From NCBI GenBank assembly GCA_963666345.1, contig OY762721.1, positions 1,888,001 to 1,952,000 on the forward strand: a stretch of 64,000 bases of DNA, read 5' to 3'. Below the pieces are notes generated by a model. It saw only the letters and a list, made by a program, of their open reading frames with translations, ran no database searches and was not told where the DNA came from. This DNA is from Desulfatiglandales bacterium. GTDB lineage: Bacteria > Desulfobacterota > DSM-4660 > Desulfatiglandales > Desulfatiglandaceae. The position numbers and the translations under genes are program-made. Shown piece after piece: positions 29,404 through 40,077 of the stretch (its first letter is position 1; every line of letters starts with the position of its first letter).

Positions 29404-29643
29404 ATGACTCCCAAGATTTCTCCCTATACACTGGATCAAGATCAGAGGATTCACATATCCCTGGTATTTGAACAAGAGGTGGTCCCCAGGCTCAAAATAA
29501 GGAATGCAAGGACCGGGGCGCTCTGCTGTGATTTTGCCGGAAAACAGTACGGTAACTGGCTCCTTTTCTTCAGGTCCAGGGGATACGGTTTCGAGATTAC
29601 CGATTTCGAATATGACGAAGATGCATCAGGATTAAACCTTTAA
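29404..29643 (+). CDS. Small hypothetical protein
   Basis: Open frame with CDFAG and FEITDFEYDEDA, co-oriented with neighbours. Confidence 0.55.
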   Translation: MTPKISPYTLDQDQRIHISLVFEQEVVPRLKIRNARTGALCCDFAGKQYGNWLLFFRSRGYGFEITDFEYDEDASGLNL

Positions 29644-29738
29644 AAGGCTTTGAAAAAAGGGCATTAAACATGATGCGTTGATGAGAAATCAGATGTGAGA
29701 CGGCAAGGCAAAAAGTTCTCCCGGCCCAGGCGGTTCAG

Positions 29739-30929
29739 TTGAACACTTTACAAGGCCGCCCGATACAACCAAACAGAGATACAGGGGTAAAAAAATTGAA
29801 AGGCAAAACTGGGATTAGTGACGAAAGACTCGGAAGATACACGGTGGAAAGGCCTAAATGCCCCTTCTGCGGTCTGGAAATTGAAAGACCTAAGGAACTG
29901 GACAGCAGGATGCCGGGAGAGATGCCTGTGGGCAGGTGCAGCTGCGGCGCGGTATACGCGGCCGATGAGGCCGGGCACAGCCTCGGCATAGCCCAGCTTG
30001 ACGCCCTTTTGATAAGCTGCAACATGGACGCGGATCTTGCATGGGGACTCATCCCTGAAGATGATTACATAGAAAAGATCGTTGAAAAATACGATTTTGT
30101 TAAGCACCTTATCGTCCCGGGCGGCGTACTCGAAGGCAGAAGGATAAGAGGAGCGCTCTTCTTCATACGGCTTCATGACGATGTGCAGGAAGTGACATCC
30201 GAAGGAGTAAAAAAGAGGATCAAGGATTCAGGAAACAAAAGAGCGGAAAGGCCTTATAAGAGAGTATCCGGGGGATCTCTTTCAAAATCCGACATAGAAG
30301 AGCTTGTATCTAAATTTGATTTAGGCCCGATCCTTGAGTCAGCCCCGGCCGACAGGAAGATAATCAAAAATCTCCAGAGGCTGCTTTATTCCGGAGACGA
30401 TCTTTACAGAAAAAGGGCGGCAGACGCCCTCGGTCAGGTGGCATCCATTATCGCGGAAGAGGACCCCGGTACCATTTCAAAGCTTTTGCAGCGCCTGCTG
30501 ACCGCACTTGCCGACACCGCGGCCTTTACTTGGGGGGCCTTTGAGGCCGTGGGAGAAATCATAAGCAGAAGACCTGAGCTTTTTTCAGGTTACATCCCCT
30601 ATCTGTATGAGTATCTTCAGCAGGATACGAACAGGGGTCCTGCCGTTGACAGTCTGTCCAGGATCGCGCGTAAGAGCCCCCAATTGCTGAAAAAGGTGAC
30701 CTTTCGTTTTATATCCTTTCTAAAAGACCCTGACCCCCTTGTGCGTGGATATTCCACCAGGATTCTTGGAAGCCTTGGCGCGGCTGAGGCGGAAAAGGAG
30801 ATACGGAATCTCATCGAGGATCAGAACATGGTCCCGATCTACGAAAACGGTCGGATTCAGGAGATAAAGATCGGTCAGATCGCCTTTGAGGCACTTGAAA
30901 AAATCGGCCGTAAAGCAAAAGACGTCTGA
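29739..30929 (+). CDS. Zn-ribbon plus HEAT-repeat protein (DVU0298-like C-terminus)
   Basis: CPFCG/CSCG at the N-terminus; HEAT-like RAADALG, WGAFEAVGEII, DPDPLVRG; true start uncertain. Confidence 0.7.
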   Translation: MNTLQGRPIQPNRDTGVKKLKGKTGISDERLGRYTVERPKCPFCGLEIERPKELDSRMPGEMPVGRCSCGAVYAADEAGHSLGIAQLDALLISCNMDADLAWGLIPEDDYIEKIVEKYDFVKHLIVPGGVLEGRRIRGALFFIRLHDDVQEVTSEGVKKRIKDSGNKRAERPYKRVSGGSLSKSDIEELVSKFDLGPILESAPADRKIIKNLQRLLYSGDDLYRKRAADALGQVASIIAEEDPGTISKLLQRLLTALADTAAFTWGAFEAVGEIISRRPELFSGYIPYLYEYLQQDTNRGPAVDSLSRIARKSPQLLKKVTFRFISFLKDPDPLVRGYSTRILGSLGAAEAEKEIRNLIEDQNMVPIYENGRIQEIKIGQIAFEALEKIGRKAKDV

Positions 30930-30947
30930 AGACTAAGAATCAATAAT

Positions 30948-32096
30948 ATGGAAATCTCCTACACCTTTTCCACCCCCTCCGGCGATCTGCCTGTCGGCCC
31001 CCGGGAAATGAAAAGGGCCTTCATGACAGGACCTCAGAAAGTCCACCCCTTCCTTACCGTGGGAGACTATTTTGACTGCCTGAGAGACTTTCTCCTCAAG
31101 GACAACGGATCGATAATCGTCCCGCTATCGAGGCGGGCGCTTAAAGAAAACGACCTGAAACAGGAGGATATCTCCCGCCTTCTGATTCGAAGTGAAAAAC
31201 ATGGAAGGCTCTATCACGTATCAAGTATCGAAATCGACACAAGCGAAGGCCCTTTCAAGTTGGCCTTGAGCGCCGCCTTGACCGAAGATGCACGAAAGTG
31301 CCTCTTTGCCGACAGGGATAACCTGATCCTTCTTGGGGGCAGAGGTTCCCTTTCCTACCTGCCGGAGGTATATGCCTGTGGTGAATCAGGGGTAGCAAGG
31401 GGTAAAGACAGTCAGACGATAGGCCTTCTTCTATCCGGGTGGCTCGATGACTTTCATGAATGGCACCTGAGTCGGGCCGAGGCCATGGAAGAGCCCCGAA
31501 TAAGCCTTTGGGACACAAAAAGGGGTTTCCGCTTCCTGGAAAGAGATGAAGCCTGTGAGATATTTCGCAAAATATCCATGATACTCACCTTATATTTTGA
31601 TCCTGAAACCTTTTACCAGGTATATCCCTGGCATCATTCCGCAGGTGATTTTGTAGTAAGAACGGGTGAACGGATAGAGGTGAGACTTACCACGGTGAGA
31701 AACTACATTCCTGTCATTGATGTGCCGGTTGAAAAAACTCTGAGGCCGATTCTTTCATTGATATATTTTCTTTTCCATATGCTGCTTATTATAAGAATCG
31801 ACAGATCGGACGGGGTAGGTGAAATCGTGTGGGCAGGCCCTTTTTCCATTAAGGCATCCCTGAGGGGGTTTTTCGATGCCCTTTCCCTACACACAGGCGG
31901 ACGCGCCTATCCTGCCGGTTCCTTAGAGATCCTCTCGCTTTTGCAATCTTTTTCAGGAGATGAACTCCTGAACCTCCATCTTTCCCTCTTAAGCTATTAC
32001 AGCCTGGATGACACCGATGAGATATCGGCCGTTCAGACGGGGCTTAAGGATCACGTAAAAGAGCTTGAAAACATTATCCGAAATTTTCAGATATGA
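30948..32096 (+). CDS. Hypothetical protein
   Basis: 382-aa ORF downstream of the HEAT gene; motifs EKHGRLYH, FHEWHLS, PWHHSAGDFVV. Confidence 0.7.
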   Translation: MEISYTFSTPSGDLPVGPREMKRAFMTGPQKVHPFLTVGDYFDCLRDFLLKDNGSIIVPLSRRALKENDLKQEDISRLLIRSEKHGRLYHVSSIEIDTSEGPFKLALSAALTEDARKCLFADRDNLILLGGRGSLSYLPEVYACGESGVARGKDSQTIGLLLSGWLDDFHEWHLSRAEAMEEPRISLWDTKRGFRFLERDEACEIFRKISMILTLYFDPETFYQVYPWHHSAGDFVVRTGERIEVRLTTVRNYIPVIDVPVEKTLRPILSLIYFLFHMLLIIRIDRSDGVGEIVWAGPFSIKASLRGFFDALSLHTGGRAYPAGSLEILSLLQSFSGDELLNLHLSLLSYYSLDDTDEISAVQTGLKDHVKELENIIRNFQI

Positions 32097-32709
32097 TCTC
32101 TTCAAGAGGGGTCTTAAGGGCCCTGGGCATTGAAATCAGAAGAGAGGCGTTATCCTTGTCAGTTTGGGGAGAAAGCCTTTCCAGCAGGTCCCTTGAAAGC
32201 ATATAGAGTTGCCTTTGGACCTCATCCATGCTGTAGGCCGGGTAGCTCATCCCCTTTTTAAATCCCGATTTGGCGCACACATGCACCTTCCCCCTTATAA
32301 GGGAGGGCACCCCATATACCCTGCAGGTGACAGGCCGATAATCGTAAAGCACACACTCCTCCTTTTCATTTAAAAGAGGACAGCGTACCCGCTCCCTGCT
32401 CATCGTGTAGGCGGCCATCTGAGGGTCGTCACTGAAGTTCTTAAGCTTTTCCTCAAGCCTTGAGAGATCCTCCTCGCTTCTGTTGCATCGCAAAACAGCC
32501 TTTTCCCGCTCTGAAGGAGTTATCCCTGAAAATTGTTCCTTAATAAAGGCCGCCTCAATCAGAAAAAGCCCGAAGACTGCGTGACAGCAATCCGAGCAAC
32601 CGTTTTTGCACCTGACTTCATCTGGAAACTCCAGCTTCACATCTTTAAAGCCCTGGTCCGCCTTTATCACGATCTGATAATATTCCTCGAATAAGTCTTG
32701 AAAGATCAT
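32074..32709 (-). CDS. YkgJ-family cysteine cluster protein
   Basis: CKNGCSDCC, CPLL...CVLYDYRPVTCRVYG. Confidence 0.92.
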   Translation of the reverse strand: MIFQDLFEEYYQIVIKADQGFKDVKLEFPDEVRCKNGCSDCCHAVFGLFLIEAAFIKEQFSGITPSEREKAVLRCNRSEEDLSRLEEKLKNFSDDPQMAAYTMSRERVRCPLLNEKEECVLYDYRPVTCRVYGVPSLIRGKVHVCAKSGFKKGMSYPAYSMDEVQRQLYMLSRDLLERLSPQTDKDNASLLISMPRALKTPLEEIISENFG

Positions 32710-33332
32710 TTTTCTCTGTAAGGCTCAAGCCTTTTCATCAAATCTGGGTGTACTTTAAAACCGAGCTCAACCGCCCTGTCCGCCTGTTTGATCGCCTTGT
32801 TGTACTCGCCCTTGTTGAAGAAGGCCACAGCCAGATTGTTACGGCCCAACCCGAAATCAGGGGCTATTTTCACAAGCTTCAGACCCGCCTCGATCGCATT
32901 TTCGACCTCATCTTTCTGAAGATAGGCATTTATCAGGTTGCTCCAGGCCTGGACTATTTCAGGGTTCAGCTCCAGGGCCTTGTTGAGGGCCTCGATCGCC
33001 TCGTCCGTCCTGAGCATCTGAAGATAGGCAAAGCCCAGGTTTGCGTAACCCCTTGCGTACCTGGGTTCAATGGCCACGGCGTTCAGGTTCGCCTGGACCA
33101 CCATTTCAAGGTCTCCCTTTTTAAAGTATATGTATCCGAGGTTGACATAGCCCTCAAACATCCTGCCGCTGTTCTCTATGGCCTCGTTAAAGGCATCTAT
33201 CGCCTGATCCAGCTCACCCTTTTCCATCAGCGCCACACCCAGGTTGTAGGCCGAGTTGGCACATTCAGGGTTTTCAGCAAGGAGGCTCTTCTGCTCCGCG
33301 ATAAATTTTTCCGCATCTTGCGGTGTCTTCAT
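32706..33332 (-). CDS. Tetratricopeptide repeat protein
   Basis: Repeated YNLGVAL / YVNLGYIY / YANLGFAY / NNLAVAF units. Confidence 0.93.
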   Translation of the reverse strand: MKTPQDAEKFIAEQKSLLAENPECANSAYNLGVALMEKGELDQAIDAFNEAIENSGRMFEGYVNLGYIYFKKGDLEMVVQANLNAVAIEPRYARGYANLGFAYLQMLRTDEAIEALNKALELNPEIVQAWSNLINAYLQKDEVENAIEAGLKLVKIAPDFGLGRNNLAVAFFNKGEYNKAIKQADRAVELGFKVHPDLMKRLEPYREK

Positions 33333-33425
33333 ATCTTACCTCTGCTAATCCGGTTGGTTACGGTCGATTCACCCTGATCCGGCCACCGGCCGGATCAGGG
33401 TGGGGTAGTAATTTGCCGCCTGAAG

Positions 33426-33464
33426 AAAAAAGAGGTCGCTATCTTCCATGGACAGCGACCTCTT
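33426..33464 (-). terminator. Terminator after dsrD
   Basis: AAGAGGTCGCT/AGCGACCTCTT stem with a U-tract on the minus strand. Confidence 0.65.
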
Positions 33465-33508
33465 AACCGATCTATCCGAAATAAGGCCTTCCCAGAAAAG
33501 GGAAAGGG

Positions 33509-33739
33509 TTAATAATCTTCTGTAACACCTCTGCCTTTAAGACCGTACATCGTGCTGCTTCCCGTGGAAAAGTAAATAAGCTTTTCCTCGTTTATAAGAG
33601 CTGTAGCAGCCTTTTTTATCATCCTGGCCTTGACATCGGGCAGCACCTTGTGGACGGCCTTTTCTATATCCTTGAAATAGAACTTGGTCTTTTTGCTGCC
33701 TTCAGCAAATTCCACAATCGCCTTTTTGATATCTTCCAT
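33509..33739 (-). CDS. dsrD: Dissimilatory sulfite reductase D
   Basis: KTKFYFKD, YFSTGSSTMYGLK; directly after dsrB. Confidence 0.95.
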   Translation of the reverse strand: MEDIKKAIVEFAEGSKKTKFYFKDIEKAVHKVLPDVKARMIKKAATALINEEKLIYFSTGSSTMYGLKGRGVTEDY

Positions 33740-33769
33740 TTGAAGACTCCTTTAACGAATAATTATGAA

Positions 33770-34957
33770 TTATTCAATTCCACCTGCAGCCTTTGAGACC
33801 TCCCAGGCGGCATCGGTGTATTTAAACTGGGTTGAAGTCCTGTATGTATCATAGGCGAGTCTGTAATCGTCGATGAGATGCTCTGTAAACGGGATATCCG
33901 TCTTTTCAAAGAATTTTTCCCATCCGATCCGCTCGGCCCAGTCTCCGAGACGCTCATACTTGTTGGCGTCGGAGGCATAGGCCTCGATTATCCTTTTGAC
34001 GTTATCACACACCTCGGGGAACCTGGGGAAGTTGTTAGGCAGCCACGGCACAACCACCTTGGAGAACTTCGGCTTACTGATCCTGTTCGAGATTTTTCCT
34101 CCTGCAAGGATTGTCACGCCGTCACCCTCTTTGTCCGAAAGAGGTACCGCCATGCACATGGTATAGCAGTTACCGCAGAACATGCAGCGCTCGTTCTTGA
34201 TCTTGACGGTCTTCTTGCCTTCTTCGGTCTTAGCGGGAGAAATCGCGCCTGTGGGACACGCGGCGATTACCAGCGGGATCTCGCAGAGGGAATCCATCAC
34301 CTCATGGTCGATCACCGGAGGCTTCCTGTGATAACCCAGAAGAGCTATATCGGAGCAGTGCACGGCGCCGCACATGTTGAGACAGCATGCCATGGAAACC
34401 CTTACCTGAGCAGGCAGGGTCATGCCCTGAAAATAGTCGAAAAGGTCATCCATTATGGCCTTTACCATTGAAGAGGCATCCGTGGCCGGTGTGTGGCAAT
34501 GCAGGTATCCCTGGGTATGAATTATATTGGTGACGCCTGCGCCCGTACCTCCGATCGGGAACTTGAAACTTCCGCTTACATGCTTGCGGCCTTCAAGATC
34601 CTTCTTAAGGGCCTCCATCTTATCCTGGGTGTCGGTCATGAATTCGATATTGTTTCTTGTGGTAAACCTTACATAACCGTCACAGTGCTTGTCGGCGATA
34701 TCGCAGATTTCTCTCACGTTTTCAACCGTCATGAACCTGCACCCGCCGCATCTTACGGTAAAAACCTTGTCGCCCGTCTCTGAGACATGCACGAGCACGC
34801 CCGGCTCCAGGATCTCATGATATTTCCACTTTCCATAGTTATTCTGAATTACAGGAGGGAAATACTGCCAGAAATGTCTCGGACCGAGATCCGTAATCCT
34901 GTTTTCCATCGGTTTGTCGGGGTTATATCCACCCAATCTCTCTAAAGATAATGCCAT
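33770..34957 (-). CDS. dsrB: Dissimilatory sulfite reductase beta subunit
   Basis: [41 protein letters not shown]. Confidence 0.99.
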   Translation of the reverse strand: MALSLERLGGYNPDKPMENRITDLGPRHFWQYFPPVIQNNYGKWKYHEILEPGVLVHVSETGDKVFTVRCGGCRFMTVENVREICDIADKHCDGYVRFTTRNNIEFMTDTQDKMEALKKDLEGRKHVSGSFKFPIGGTGAGVTNIIHTQGYLHCHTPATDASSMVKAIMDDLFDYFQGMTLPAQVRVSMACCLNMCGAVHCSDIALLGYHRKPPVIDHEVMDSLCEIPLVIAACPTGAISPAKTEEGKKTVKIKNERCMFCGNCYTMCMAVPLSDKEGDGVTILAGGKISNRISKPKFSKVVVPWLPNNFPRFPEVCDNVKRIIEAYASDANKYERLGDWAERIGWEKFFEKTDIPFTEHLIDDYRLAYDTYRTSTQFKYTDAAWEVSKAAGGIE

Positions 34958-34968
34958 TTTCTTCCCTC

Positions 34969-36387
34969 CTATCTCTTATGTCTGGATCGGTAGTCATTGA
35001 TGTCTCTTTCCCATCCGCCCGGAACCTCTTCTTCCTTCCAGAAGATATATGGATTGCTCCTCGGTTCTTTAACCATCTGCGGCATGGGTGGAATCTCAAG
35101 GACCTCCAGGAATTTCGGGACACCGTAACGCTGTATCAACTCTCCGAGACGCTCACGGTTTTTGCCCTCTTCCATCCACCAATCCCAGACCTTTTCAATG
35201 ACCTCTTTTATGTTGTCATATGGGTGCTCGCACCTCATAAAAGGTATGGTAAGCAGTGACATCTGGGCACCCTCGAGTATAGGGGCCTTTGCGCCGAACA
35301 GGATGCTGCAGCCGGTATCCGTCCCGGGTCTCAGCGCCTGCGGCATGGTATTTATGCAGTGCATGCAGCGGGTGCACTCCTTGTTGTCGATCATCAGCTT
35401 GCCGTCTTCCATCCACATACAGTTTGTGGGGCAGAGGTTGATGACCTCTTTTTCGATATCAAACGCGCCCCAGTCCTTACCCTTGTGGGCTCCGCCGTTA
35501 GGGGCGATCTCGCCGCCTATATAGGCCTGAACCGCCTCTTGATCGATGCGGATATCATCCTTCCAGGTGCCGATGTACGACATATCGGAACGTGCGATGG
35601 ACGCGACGCAACCATTGGGGCAGCCGTCAAATTTGAACTTGAATTTATAAGGGAAGGCGGGACGATGAAGCTCATCCTGATAGAAATTGGTCAGTTCATA
35701 GCACATATCCTGTGTGTCTATACATGCCCACTCGCACCTGGCCTTGCCAAGGCAGCATGAAGGCGAACGCAGATTGGAACCTGAACCACCCAGATCCTGG
35801 TCCATCTCATGTGTCATCTGATAGAACAGGGGCTCCAGCTGCTCCGTGAATGTCCCAAGCAGGATGATGTCGCCGGTTGAGCCGTGCAAATTCATCATGC
35901 CGCTGCCCCTGTACTCCCACAGGTCGCAGATGGTCCTGAGGTAGTCAGTATTATAGAACTTGCTCGAGGGCTGATTTACGCGAAGGGTATGAAAATGGGC
36001 GATAGAGGGAAAGCGCTCCTGGAGGTCTGAATAACGGCCGATTACCCCACCGCCGTATCCGAAGACTCCGACGATTCCTCCATGCTTCCAGTGGGTCTCC
36101 CCCTCGTCGAACGAGACCTGAAGCTGTCCGAGCGTGTCTTCAACAACGTCGCTTTCAATCAGCATACGGTCTTTTGCCAGGTTTTTTCTGTGCAGGGCCT
36201 CCCTTTTTGCATCGGCCACGAAGCTTGGCCATGGGCCTTTTTCCAGGTCATCCAGATCAGGGGTGTCATGCTTTATCTTAAAGCTCTTCAGTTCATCTTC
36301 GGTGTAGTTGTTCAATTCCTCGTCGGAATAGATCCTCATGTCTTCATATTTAAATTCTTTTTGCGGTTCATTTGGTTCAAAAGCCAT
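34969..36387 (-). CDS. dsrA: Dissimilatory sulfite reductase alpha subunit
   Basis: [50 protein letters not shown]. Confidence 0.99.
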   Translation of the reverse strand: MAFEPNEPQKEFKYEDMRIYSDEELNNYTEDELKSFKIKHDTPDLDDLEKGPWPSFVADAKREALHRKNLAKDRMLIESDVVEDTLGQLQVSFDEGETHWKHGGIVGVFGYGGGVIGRYSDLQERFPSIAHFHTLRVNQPSSKFYNTDYLRTICDLWEYRGSGMMNLHGSTGDIILLGTFTEQLEPLFYQMTHEMDQDLGGSGSNLRSPSCCLGKARCEWACIDTQDMCYELTNFYQDELHRPAFPYKFKFKFDGCPNGCVASIARSDMSYIGTWKDDIRIDQEAVQAYIGGEIAPNGGAHKGKDWGAFDIEKEVINLCPTNCMWMEDGKLMIDNKECTRCMHCINTMPQALRPGTDTGCSILFGAKAPILEGAQMSLLTIPFMRCEHPYDNIKEVIEKVWDWWMEEGKNRERLGELIQRYGVPKFLEVLEIPPMPQMVKEPRSNPYIFWKEEEVPGGWERDINDYRSRHKR

Positions 36388-36796
36388 GATACATGCCTCC
36401 TGTTGTTAGCTATTTAGAAATAAGGAGAAAATCAACCTTATGATACTTCTGCCGTCACCTCCTCTCAAAAAAATTCAAATACGTATATAAAACTCTAAAA
36501 AAATTTGTCAGCACTGGCTCGGTAAAACGATAAAACCGCAGATAAGGGGCACGTGAATCGGGGAGATACTGTCGGTGCAAAAAACCGTTCCTCTCCCGAG
36601 GGCCCGGAAGGATAAAAAAAGTAAGAAAAAGGACAAAAAAAGGACGACTTGCGGGCATTCCGCATTCATTCCTTAGTTACTTGTGCCTTCCCTGCATCTG
36701 GATTTCATCGGCTTGGCGAGGATAACTATCTGTAAATATTAGCATAAATTTTATTCATATTATACCAACACTGATTTATAATCAAAACCTCTCGAT

Positions 36797-36837
36797 ATTG
36801 TCAATAAAAAAACAGGGAGGAGTTTTTTGTTGACAAT
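36797..36837. promoter_or_regulatory. Back-to-back sigma-70 -35 boxes forming an inverted repeat
   Basis: ATTGTCAATAAAAAA-N11-TTTTTTGTTGACAAT; TTGACA faces each way; TTATAA lies 17 nt on toward dsrA. Confidence 0.6.
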
Positions 36838-36892
36838 CCTCCTGTCCCATGTTCCTAATTCTGCGAATACCCTTTATTAACAACGGAATAAA

Positions 36893-38311
36893 ATGACTCT
36901 GGAACAAGGGAAAAAAAATCCATTAAGACGTAGCGTCTGCATAGCCGCCTTAAGAGGAGGGTCCGGCAAAACAATCCTTTCTCTCGGTATCACGGCTGCC
37001 TGGAAAAACAAGGGAAACAGGGTGGCGGTTTTCAAAAAAGGCCCTGATTTCATTGACCCTGGATGGCTCTGCCTTGCCGGCGACGGCAGCTGCTATAACC
37101 TGGACCCTTTTCTGATGAAAGAAGAGCAGATTATTACCTCTTTTCTTGATCATTCGGAAGGGGCGGACATATCAGTTATCGAGGGAAACAGGGGCATATT
37201 CGACGGCATGGACATAGATGGGTGCAGCAGCACGGCTGAACTTGCCAAGCTCCTGTTCGCCCCCGTCATTATCCTGCTCGATGTGACTATGTCCACAAGG
37301 ACAGTGGCCGCGATCCTGAAAGGCCTTGAGGTCTTTGACACGGATCTGTGTATCGGTGGAGTTATCCTAAACAGGGTAGCCGGAGCAAGGCAGGAGACCC
37401 TCATAAGAAAGTGTATAGAGAGATACTGTGACACCCCGGTGCTTGGTGCGATACCAAGGCTCAAGGAAAACCTTTTTCCCGAAAGACACATGGGGCTAGT
37501 GCCGTATCAGGAACGGGAACATTCCATGAAGGCTATTTCATGGGCCGAAAAAATCGTAAAAGATCATATTGACCTGGATGAGATATGGGATATCTCCTGC
37601 AGGAAAGACCCCTTAATGGATATGACAAAGCGTTATGCGGCCCGCCCTGCCGGCTCAAAAATCGATGAACCGCTCGATATAGGCATAATCAGGGACCGCT
37701 CCTTCTGGTTTTACTACCCTGAAAACCTGGACGAACTCAAACGGATGGGCGGCCGCATTATAGAGATGAACGCTCTTTCAGATCCTGAGATCGCCCGAAT
37801 AGACGCCCTTTATATAGGCGGCGGATTCCCCGAAACCCAGGCTGCGAAACTTTCGGCAAATTCATCATTCAGGGATTCACTCAAGGAGGCCATAGAAAAA
37901 GGCCTTCCCGTCTACGCGGAGTGCGGCGGTTTCATGTATCTGGGAGAAGACCTTGTCGTGGATGGAACTTCTTATCCCATGGTAGGTGCCCTGCCGGTAA
38001 GTTTCACGCTTCGGAAAAGGCCTCAGGGTCATGGCTACACCATCCTTGAAGTGGACAAGGAAAATCCCTATTATGAAAAAGGCTTTATCCTGAAAGGCCA
38101 TGAATTTCATTACTCCGAGCCCACAATAACCGACACGGAAAAGGCAAGGTTCGTATTCAGCGTAAAAAGGGGTGGCGGTGTTCACGGGGACAGGGAGGGG
38201 ATGTGTCGAAAGAATGTCCTTGCAACTTACAGCCATGTCCATGCCGCGGGAAATCCCTTCTGGGCAAAATCCATAATCAGGCAGGCCATGGAGTATAAGA
38301 GGAAAAGATAA
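36893..38311 (+). CDS. dsrN: Cobyrinate a,c-diamide synthase-like siroheme amidase
   Basis: GGSGKT, KKGPDFID, IEGNRG.FDG, ERHMGLVP, YAECGG, GHEFHYS; located between dsrA and dsrC. Confidence 0.88.
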   Translation: MTLEQGKKNPLRRSVCIAALRGGSGKTILSLGITAAWKNKGNRVAVFKKGPDFIDPGWLCLAGDGSCYNLDPFLMKEEQIITSFLDHSEGADISVIEGNRGIFDGMDIDGCSSTAELAKLLFAPVIILLDVTMSTRTVAAILKGLEVFDTDLCIGGVILNRVAGARQETLIRKCIERYCDTPVLGAIPRLKENLFPERHMGLVPYQEREHSMKAISWAEKIVKDHIDLDEIWDISCRKDPLMDMTKRYAARPAGSKIDEPLDIGIIRDRSFWFYYPENLDELKRMGGRIIEMNALSDPEIARIDALYIGGGFPETQAAKLSANSSFRDSLKEAIEKGLPVYAECGGFMYLGEDLVVDGTSYPMVGALPVSFTLRKRPQGHGYTILEVDKENPYYEKGFILKGHEFHYSEPTITDTEKARFVFSVKRGGGVHGDREGMCRKNVLATYSHVHAAGNPFWAKSIIRQAMEYKRKR

Positions 38312-38336
38312 AAATTGGGAAAAAATAAAAGAGCTG

Positions 38337-38365
38337 TTGACAATTATCTAAAAGCAAAGTATCGT
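38337..38365 (+). promoter_or_regulatory. Sigma-70 promoter of dsrC
   Basis: TTGACA-N17-TATCGT. Confidence 0.6.
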
Positions 38366-38436
38366 TATTTGCTTAAATTAATATAATGAATATTATTAGG
38401 CGTGTGGGTGATATCATAAAAAGGAGGTTATAGGTT

Positions 38437-38754
38437 ATGCCAACAGTAGAGTTTGAAGGAAATGCCTTCAACGTAGATGAAGATGGCTTCATCGATGATT
38501 TCAACAACTGGAGCGAGCCATGGGTAAGGCACGTAAAAACAACAGAGGGTATTGAAGAGCTGACTGACGAGCATTGGAAAGTCATCAACGTTCTTCAGGA
38601 TTACTATAAGAAAAATGGGATTGCCCCCATGGTAAGGATCCTCTCAAAGGTTACGGGCTACAAGCTCAAATATATCTACGAGCTTTTTCCCTCAGGACCC
38701 GGCAAGGGAGCATGTAAGATGGCCGGGCTGCCCAAGCCAACCGGTTGCGTGTAG
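38437..38754 (+). CDS. dsrC: Sulfur carrier DsrC
   Basis: VDEDGFI, GIAPMVRIL, C-terminal GACKMAGLPKPTGCV with both Cys. Confidence 0.98.
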   Translation: MPTVEFEGNAFNVDEDGFIDDFNNWSEPWVRHVKTTEGIEELTDEHWKVINVLQDYYKKNGIAPMVRILSKVTGYKLKYIYELFPSGPGKGACKMAGLPKPTGCV

Positions 38755-38774
38755 TATTTTCAGTCATTCCGACA

Positions 38775-38803
38775 AAAAAAGAGGGCACAATGCCCTCTTT
38801 TTT
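38775..38803. terminator. Bidirectional terminator after dsrC
   Basis: AAAAAAGAGGGCA-CAA-TGCCCTCTTTTTT. Confidence 0.85.
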
Positions 38804-38822
38804 ATGCTCTCAAGCCTTACTT

Positions 38823-39251
38823 TTACCTGTTCTCTTTTGATGCCCCGGTTTCAAGCCTTAAAAAATTGCTCAGATAAAGATCGCACAGGATTGCCTTCGA
38901 ATATACTATCTTTATCCTTTCAAGCATCTCCGCGTCACTTATATCCTTTAAAACGGGATGTTTCTCTCTGAGCCTCGAAAGGGCGGACGTCTGGTCAATC
39001 TTCCCCGATGGAAGGTTGAGCGCCTCCTCCAGGGTCCTGTCTATTGTCTTCCAGTCCCTTATCTCGCCTTCTACCCTCTTCCACTTATTATCCACAAGCT
39101 GCCATGAATTCCCTGACCACTTGTCCTGCCTGATCAAGGCATCGCCACTCTTTATGGTGGTATATCTGGGGGCGAAATAGAGAAGAAACAGGGCGGAAAT
39201 CACCGCCCCTATTATCAATCCGGTTCCGAGATATCTCTTTTCTTTGGTCAT
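38823..39251 (-). CDS. Hypothetical protein with N-terminal TM helix
   Basis: Hydrophobic LGTGLIIGAVISALFLLYFA; 142-aa ORF. Confidence 0.7.
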   Translation of the reverse strand: MTKEKRYLGTGLIIGAVISALFLLYFAPRYTTIKSGDALIRQDKWSGNSWQLVDNKWKRVEGEIRDWKTIDRTLEEALNLPSGKIDQTSALSRLREKHPVLKDISDAEMLERIKIVYSKAILCDLYLSNFLRLETGASKENR

Positions 39252-39446
39252 GTTCGATCCTTACAGATTTGCTTCCACACTTCCAGATCTTCAAAGTTTG
39301 TCGTCATTCCTAAACTTCCGTTCCGGCATCTTTATAGCCAGCCTCGCTTATCTCGCTATCCTCTTTTCTCGTCTTTTCGCTTTTCACCCTTTCCCGCGAG
39401 TGTCGCCTCATGCAAATCGATCTTTTTATTTCTTCTAGGGGAGTCT

Positions 39447-39719
39447 TCATAAGGTAAACCTTCTATAGATATCTTTCCGGTGACCTATCTTTACGATTTC
39501 TATAGTAACTATATCTGAATAAACCGAATAAATTATCCTATAGTCACCTTCACGGAGCCGGTACGTATATTCCGTGCCGTGCAATTTACGGCTACCTCGA
39601 GGACAAGGGTTGTCAGATAGAGTTTCAATCGCTTTAAGAACCCTCAAGATGATTTTTCTGCCAAGCTTCCTGAGTTCTTTCCTGGCAGATTGCTTCCACT
39701 CGATCTTATATGAGCCCAT
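39447..39719 (-). CDS. RelE/ParE-family toxin (copy 1)
   Basis: SARKELRKL, NPCPRGSRKL, YRLREGDYRIIY, IGHRKDIY. Confidence 0.93.
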   Translation of the reverse strand: MGSYKIEWKQSARKELRKLGRKIILRVLKAIETLSDNPCPRGSRKLHGTEYTYRLREGDYRIIYSVYSDIVTIEIVKIGHRKDIYRRFTL

Positions 39720-39906
39720 CGCCTTTTAATTCAGCTATAAATGCTTCGTGGGATATTGTTTGTTCATTTCTTCTTTCCGCCACGGTAGCTAAATCTTCAA
39801 TGTCTTCAAGCAACCCCTGGAAGTCAGACATGGATAAAATGACCGATTTTTTCTCCCCCTTTTCATCAGTTATATATTGGGGGCGAATATTATCTAAGCT
39901 TATCAT
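39706..39906 (-). CDS. Antitoxin (copy 1)
   Basis: QYITDEKGEKKSVIL...LLEDIEDLA; overlaps the toxin start. Confidence 0.85.
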   Translation of the reverse strand: MISLDNIRPQYITDEKGEKKSVILSMSDFQGLLEDIEDLATVAERRNEQTISHEAFIAELKGDGLI

Positions 39907-40077
39907 TGGAGCACCTCCTTCCTTACCTCAATAATAACAGCCCAAAGATAGGCTAGCAATTTAAATCGCCATTCCAGGCAGTTATTCCTCCTGATCGATC
40001 AGTCTTTCCCGCTATCCTCTTTTCTTGCCTCTCTCGCTTGTCTCGTCCACTTATAACGAATAACGTCTTTTCGCTTT

